A stretch of 64,000 nucleotides of DNA from Podarcis liolepis (Eukaryota): the NCBI GenBank assembly GCA_965112155.1, contig OZ218098.1; one strand, 5' to 3'. Position 1 is the stretch's first letter, and each line of letters opens with the position of its first letter. Positions 60,225-64,000 of this stretch are shown here, in pieces. A model generated the notes under the pieces. The model had not been told where the DNA came from and did no database searches. It was given only the letters and a program-made list of their open reading frames with translations. The translations under genes and the position numbers were made by a program.

Positions 60225-60640
60225 CCTAAATTAGGCATAAGCCAGCAATAGTATGTGTTGGACTCCCGTTTGTGAATAAATGAGATGTGCCGATGCCAAA
60301 ATGTTGGTAAAAGGGGATTAAAGAGGCGAGGGCTGCTTTTTCCACCTCAGTGGTTTTGAGTCGCTATTAAGAGGGATGGATTAATATCAGATTCCTGGTA
60401 TCTGCCTCCTTGCTGATATTGCTTAATTATCCAGATAAGTGATCAGAATCCAAGCATGAGCAGCATAAATACGAAGGACATCATCGCTTTATATGTATAA
60501 AATGTGTTTATTAGTTTAAGCATCATAAAAAAGCAGTGGCAAAGTGCTCGTTAAAGGTTACATTTAGAGCACTTTTTAGATGCTCGTTTTGGGTTAGTTA
60601 CCCTCTGGAAAGAAAACTGTTGTTCATTTATTTTCTGAAA
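60225..60640. promoter_or_regulatory. Candidate conserved non-coding element
   Basis: Repeat-free ~400 bp with GGATTA twice, TTAATTA, AGATAA, TGTTTA and retained CpGs. Confidence 0.3.
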
Positions 60641-61291
60641 GGCACAGCCGTGTGCTTAAGAGGCTCGTGTTGGCACTGGACTTCATGCTCTGGTTTTTGC
60701 AGAGGGGGCTTTCCCTCAGCCCCCGATCCAATTATTTCACCTCTCTTCCATTTTCATTCTTGAAGCCCCCCTCCCCACCTCAGACCCTTACCCTCAGATT
60801 AAGAGGGTGGGCCTCTCAGCTTCCCTCGGGTTACATCAGAGGCTGCAAACATCTGGCATCCCAGCTCAAGCTGTGGAGGGAAGGGCCAGGTATTCCCAGA
60901 CTGCTCCGCTAGGCCCAAAAGCTACTGTGTGGCAGCGTTTGCTCTGATTACTGGTAATTATCAGACAGTGACCCACTCTGAGCGTTCTTGCCTGAGGTCC
61001 TCAGAGGTTTGGCTTCATTTGCGACAGAGACAGAATCCTGAATTGAGGCTCAAGTTGAGTTGGTGAAATGCTCTCCGGATTCTCACTCTTTGCTGCTTCA
61101 ATTTCAAAAGTCCCTGCTTTTGAAAACCCCACAGATAACATCATTTCAAGGAATTTTGAGGGAGGCCAAAAGCTAGCAAATAATAATGATAATCACCTGG
61201 TGGCGAAAAGTGGGACATACATGTCACAGACATTGGCAGATTTCACCTTAAGTAGTTTCCCCACACTTTGCAGAAGGGTAGTACAGAAGTA

Positions 61292-61822
61292 GGGTAGAAA
61301 AGCAATGACAAACCTAGACAGCATCTTAAAAAGTAGAGACATCACCCTGCCAACAAAGGTCCGTATAGTAAAAGCTATGGTTTTCCCAGTAGTGATGTAT
61401 GGAAGTGAGAGCTGGACCATAAAGAAGGCTGACCGCCGAAGAATTGATGCTTTTGAATTATGGTGCTAGAGGAGACTCTTGAGAGTCCCATGGACTGCAA
61501 GAAGATCAAACCTCTCCATTCTGAAGGAAATCAGCCCTGAGTGCTCACTGGAAGGACAGATCGTGAAGCTGAGGCTCCAATACTTTGGCCACCTCATGAG
61601 AAGAGAAGACTGCCTGGGAAAGACCCTGATGTTGGGAAAGATGGAGGGCACAAGGAGAAGGGGACGACAGAGGACGGGATGGCTGGACATTGTTCTCGAA
61701 GCTACCAGCATGAGTTTGACCAAACTGCGGGAGGCAGTGGAAGACAGAAGTGCCTGCCGTGCTCTGGTCCATGGGGTCACGAAGAGTTGGACACGACTAA
61801 ACGACTAAACAACAACAACAAC
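61292..61822 (+). mobile_element. RTE-BovB LINE, 5'-truncated
   Basis: KAMTNLDSILKSRDITLPTKVRIVKAMVFPVVMYGSESWTIKK...RVPWTARRSNLSILKEISPECSLEG..LQYFGHLMRR; TGG>TAG stop near 61467; (CAA)n tail. Confidence 0.96.
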
Positions 61823-62098
61823 TACATCTTCTTTGCAGGTAAATGGCTGCTGGTTCAGTCCACTGGGTCTCCAAAAAGACCCTCCTGGTCTGAAATCCTG
61901 GATATCTGTTGCCAGTCAGTGTGGACAACATTGAGCAGGATGGCCCAATGGTCTGACTCCACATAAAAACTATGTTCCTGTGTCTCCACAGCCGCTATTA
62001 AGATTCCAGGGAGAAATTGGGCAAAGTGAAATGCAACTCATATCTCAGTGGCCATAGTTCAGCCTTGGAACAAGGCCCAGAGGCACTGGACACTGATA

Positions 62099-62670
62099 AT
62101 AGAATCATAGTATTATAGAGTTGGAAGGGATCCCGAGGGTCATTTAGTCGAAGTCCCTGCAATGCAAGAATCTCCACTAAATCATCCATGAAAGATGGCC
62201 ATCCACCCTCTGCTTAAAAACCTCCAATGAATGCAAGTCCACCAACTTCCAAGATAGCCCATTCCACTGTTGAACAACTCTTACTGTTAGAAAGTTCTTC
62301 CTGATGTTAAGTCTGAATCTCCTTTCTTGTTACATGAAGCCATTGGTATAGGACATAGTCTCCAGAGCAGGAGAAAACAAGCTTGCTCCAATTTCCACAT
62401 GACAGCCCTTTATATATTTGAAGGTGGCAATCATATCTCCTCTTGGTGCTCCTTTTTTGGTCACTGTGAACATACCCAACTTCCTCAAGCATTCCTCATA
62501 AGGCTTGGTTTGCAGACCATTGATCATCTTGGTTGCCCTCATTCCAGCTTGTCAATATCCTTCTTAAAATGGGGTGCCCAGAACTGGACACAGTACTCCA
62601 GTTATGGTCTGCACAAGGCAGGAAAAAAATGGTCCTATTATTTCCCTTGATCGGGACACTATACTTCTGT
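62099..62670 (-). mobile_element. CR1 LINE 3' part
   Basis: Minus ORFs RATKMINGLQTKPYEECLRKLGMF..RGDMIATFKYIKGCH; AGAATCATAG tail. Confidence 0.92.
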
Positions 62671-63334
62671 TGATAAAGTGATGTCTTCTGTCAACTTGAA
62701 GGTTAACAGGAAGGGCCATAGCTCATTGACAGAGCATCTGTTGCACTCAGGTCCTGCTTTCGGGCTTTCCATAGGAATCTGGTAAGCTCCTGTGAGAATA
62801 GGATGATGGACAAGATGAGCCATTGGCCTAATCCACTGGCAGGCTTCCCTCATGTTCTCCTTTGCCAAGAAGGGAACAGTTTCAGCTTAAGATTATGGAA
62901 ATACAGCACGACTCATCCTCTGTCAATGAGAGATGATCACAACTTCATCCTTCATCCTACAATGAAGAGGAAGACACACTTTGAAGATAGAAGTTGTCCT
63001 GTGTACACGGAGGGAAGGTTAGCACTTCTTGTAGACTGGAAGACAAGCACCGCAAGTTTCTAAGAAAGAACTGTTATTTGTTTATCTTTTAAAATTGTTC
63101 AGTGTCATCCTTCAATTAAAAAAATAAGAATGCTGAAAGCAGTTTACAACAAAATCTAAAAGAGGTGTTCATTCTAAAATCAGAAGAATCTGGCTCTATC
63201 AGTGTGTTTGCACTGTTCCAAGCTGCTGTCTACCTTCACAGCATGAAGCAGTGACCCTCCTGCCAGGAAACCAGTTTAGCAGATCCACCCCACCTGGCAG
63301 AGGTGCTGAGTTCTGCGCAACTCAACCACAAAGT

Positions 63335-63450
63335 TCACTGGGCCTCTCAACCTTACCTACCTCACAGGGTTGTTGTGAGGATAAACAGAAAAGAGGGAGG
63401 ACCATGTCTGCCACTTTGAGGTCTTTGGATGAAACGTTGGATTGAAATGC
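63335..63450 (+). mobile_element. MIR/CORE-type SINE fragment
   Basis: CCTACCTCACAGGGTTGTTGTGAGGATAAA core motif. Confidence 0.6.
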
Positions 63451-64000
63451 TGTCATATTACATTATATGTATATATATATATGACTGAATTAAAATAAAC
63501 CAGCAAAAGCTGTACCATGTGTCTCCTTGACTGTATATTTTGTCACTAAGCTACAGATCCACCTATCGAAATGGATGCACATGTTTAATTGCTAAGGTAA
63601 AACATCTCCCAACCACAGTAATTACTCTGCTCGGCAAGACCGAAATTTTTGCACTTCTCAAAGCAAATACTACCACCTGGGGCTGAGATCATGCCAGAAT
63701 CCATGACCTAACGAAGGTCGGTTGGCGCCCTCCTTGCATTGAAAACATGCTCCAGAAACCTTGAGGTTGCAGCTGTATCTAATTAGTTTAATTTTCTCCT
63801 TGGCTTCAGTGTCAGTCCAGCAGAACAGGAAGGGCACATTGTACAACAAGAGTCCTTTGACTGCCGGTGACCATCTTCTATTAAAAAAAACACAAAACAT
63901 TCAAACACACATCTTAAGAAAGTTAAATGCAGAGTTAAAACAAAGGGATATCAAATGCTAAGAAGCAAGGACATGCAAAGTGTCTTGAGTGCCAGCAGAT

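Noticed and set aside
1-64000. Endogenous viral genes, intact transposase or intact LINE ORFs, known miRNA hairpins
   Set aside because: None recognised in the ORF track or by eye; all TE coding remnants are truncated or interrupted.

Overview
Vertebrate, non-coding, repeat-rich DNA, most likely from a lacertid lizard (Podarcis/Lacerta/Zootoca type). The taxon call rests on four Sauria SINEs, a Squam3-like CORE SINE, squamate CR1/L2 3' ends and RTE-BovB. I recognise no host protein-coding exon: every ORF I can assign is a decayed LINE fragment (CR1, L2, RTE, BovB), an antisense SINE, a GC-rich MITE, a microsatellite or the 157-N assembly gap. Repeat family names are from recall of consensus sequences, not from a database search. 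The window looks like a large intron or gene desert, with repeat-free blocks that carry dense developmental TF motifs (Sox-Oct plus a TGACA cluster, NR DR1 plus RFX X-box, an NBRE palindrome, CTCF). The best sequence-supported oddities are: (1) a Bov-B insertion made of an inverted 5'UTR fused to the sense 3' tail inside a perfect 11-bp TSD (twin-priming-like); (2) a composite hAT-type MITE, present twice, carrying a captured L2 3' end and a duplicated left terminus; (3) an ORF-less bipartite RTE-derived element; (4) a plus-strand bias of young retroelements together with a frame-preserving minus-strand exon candidate. I see no evidence of a new multi-gene system.
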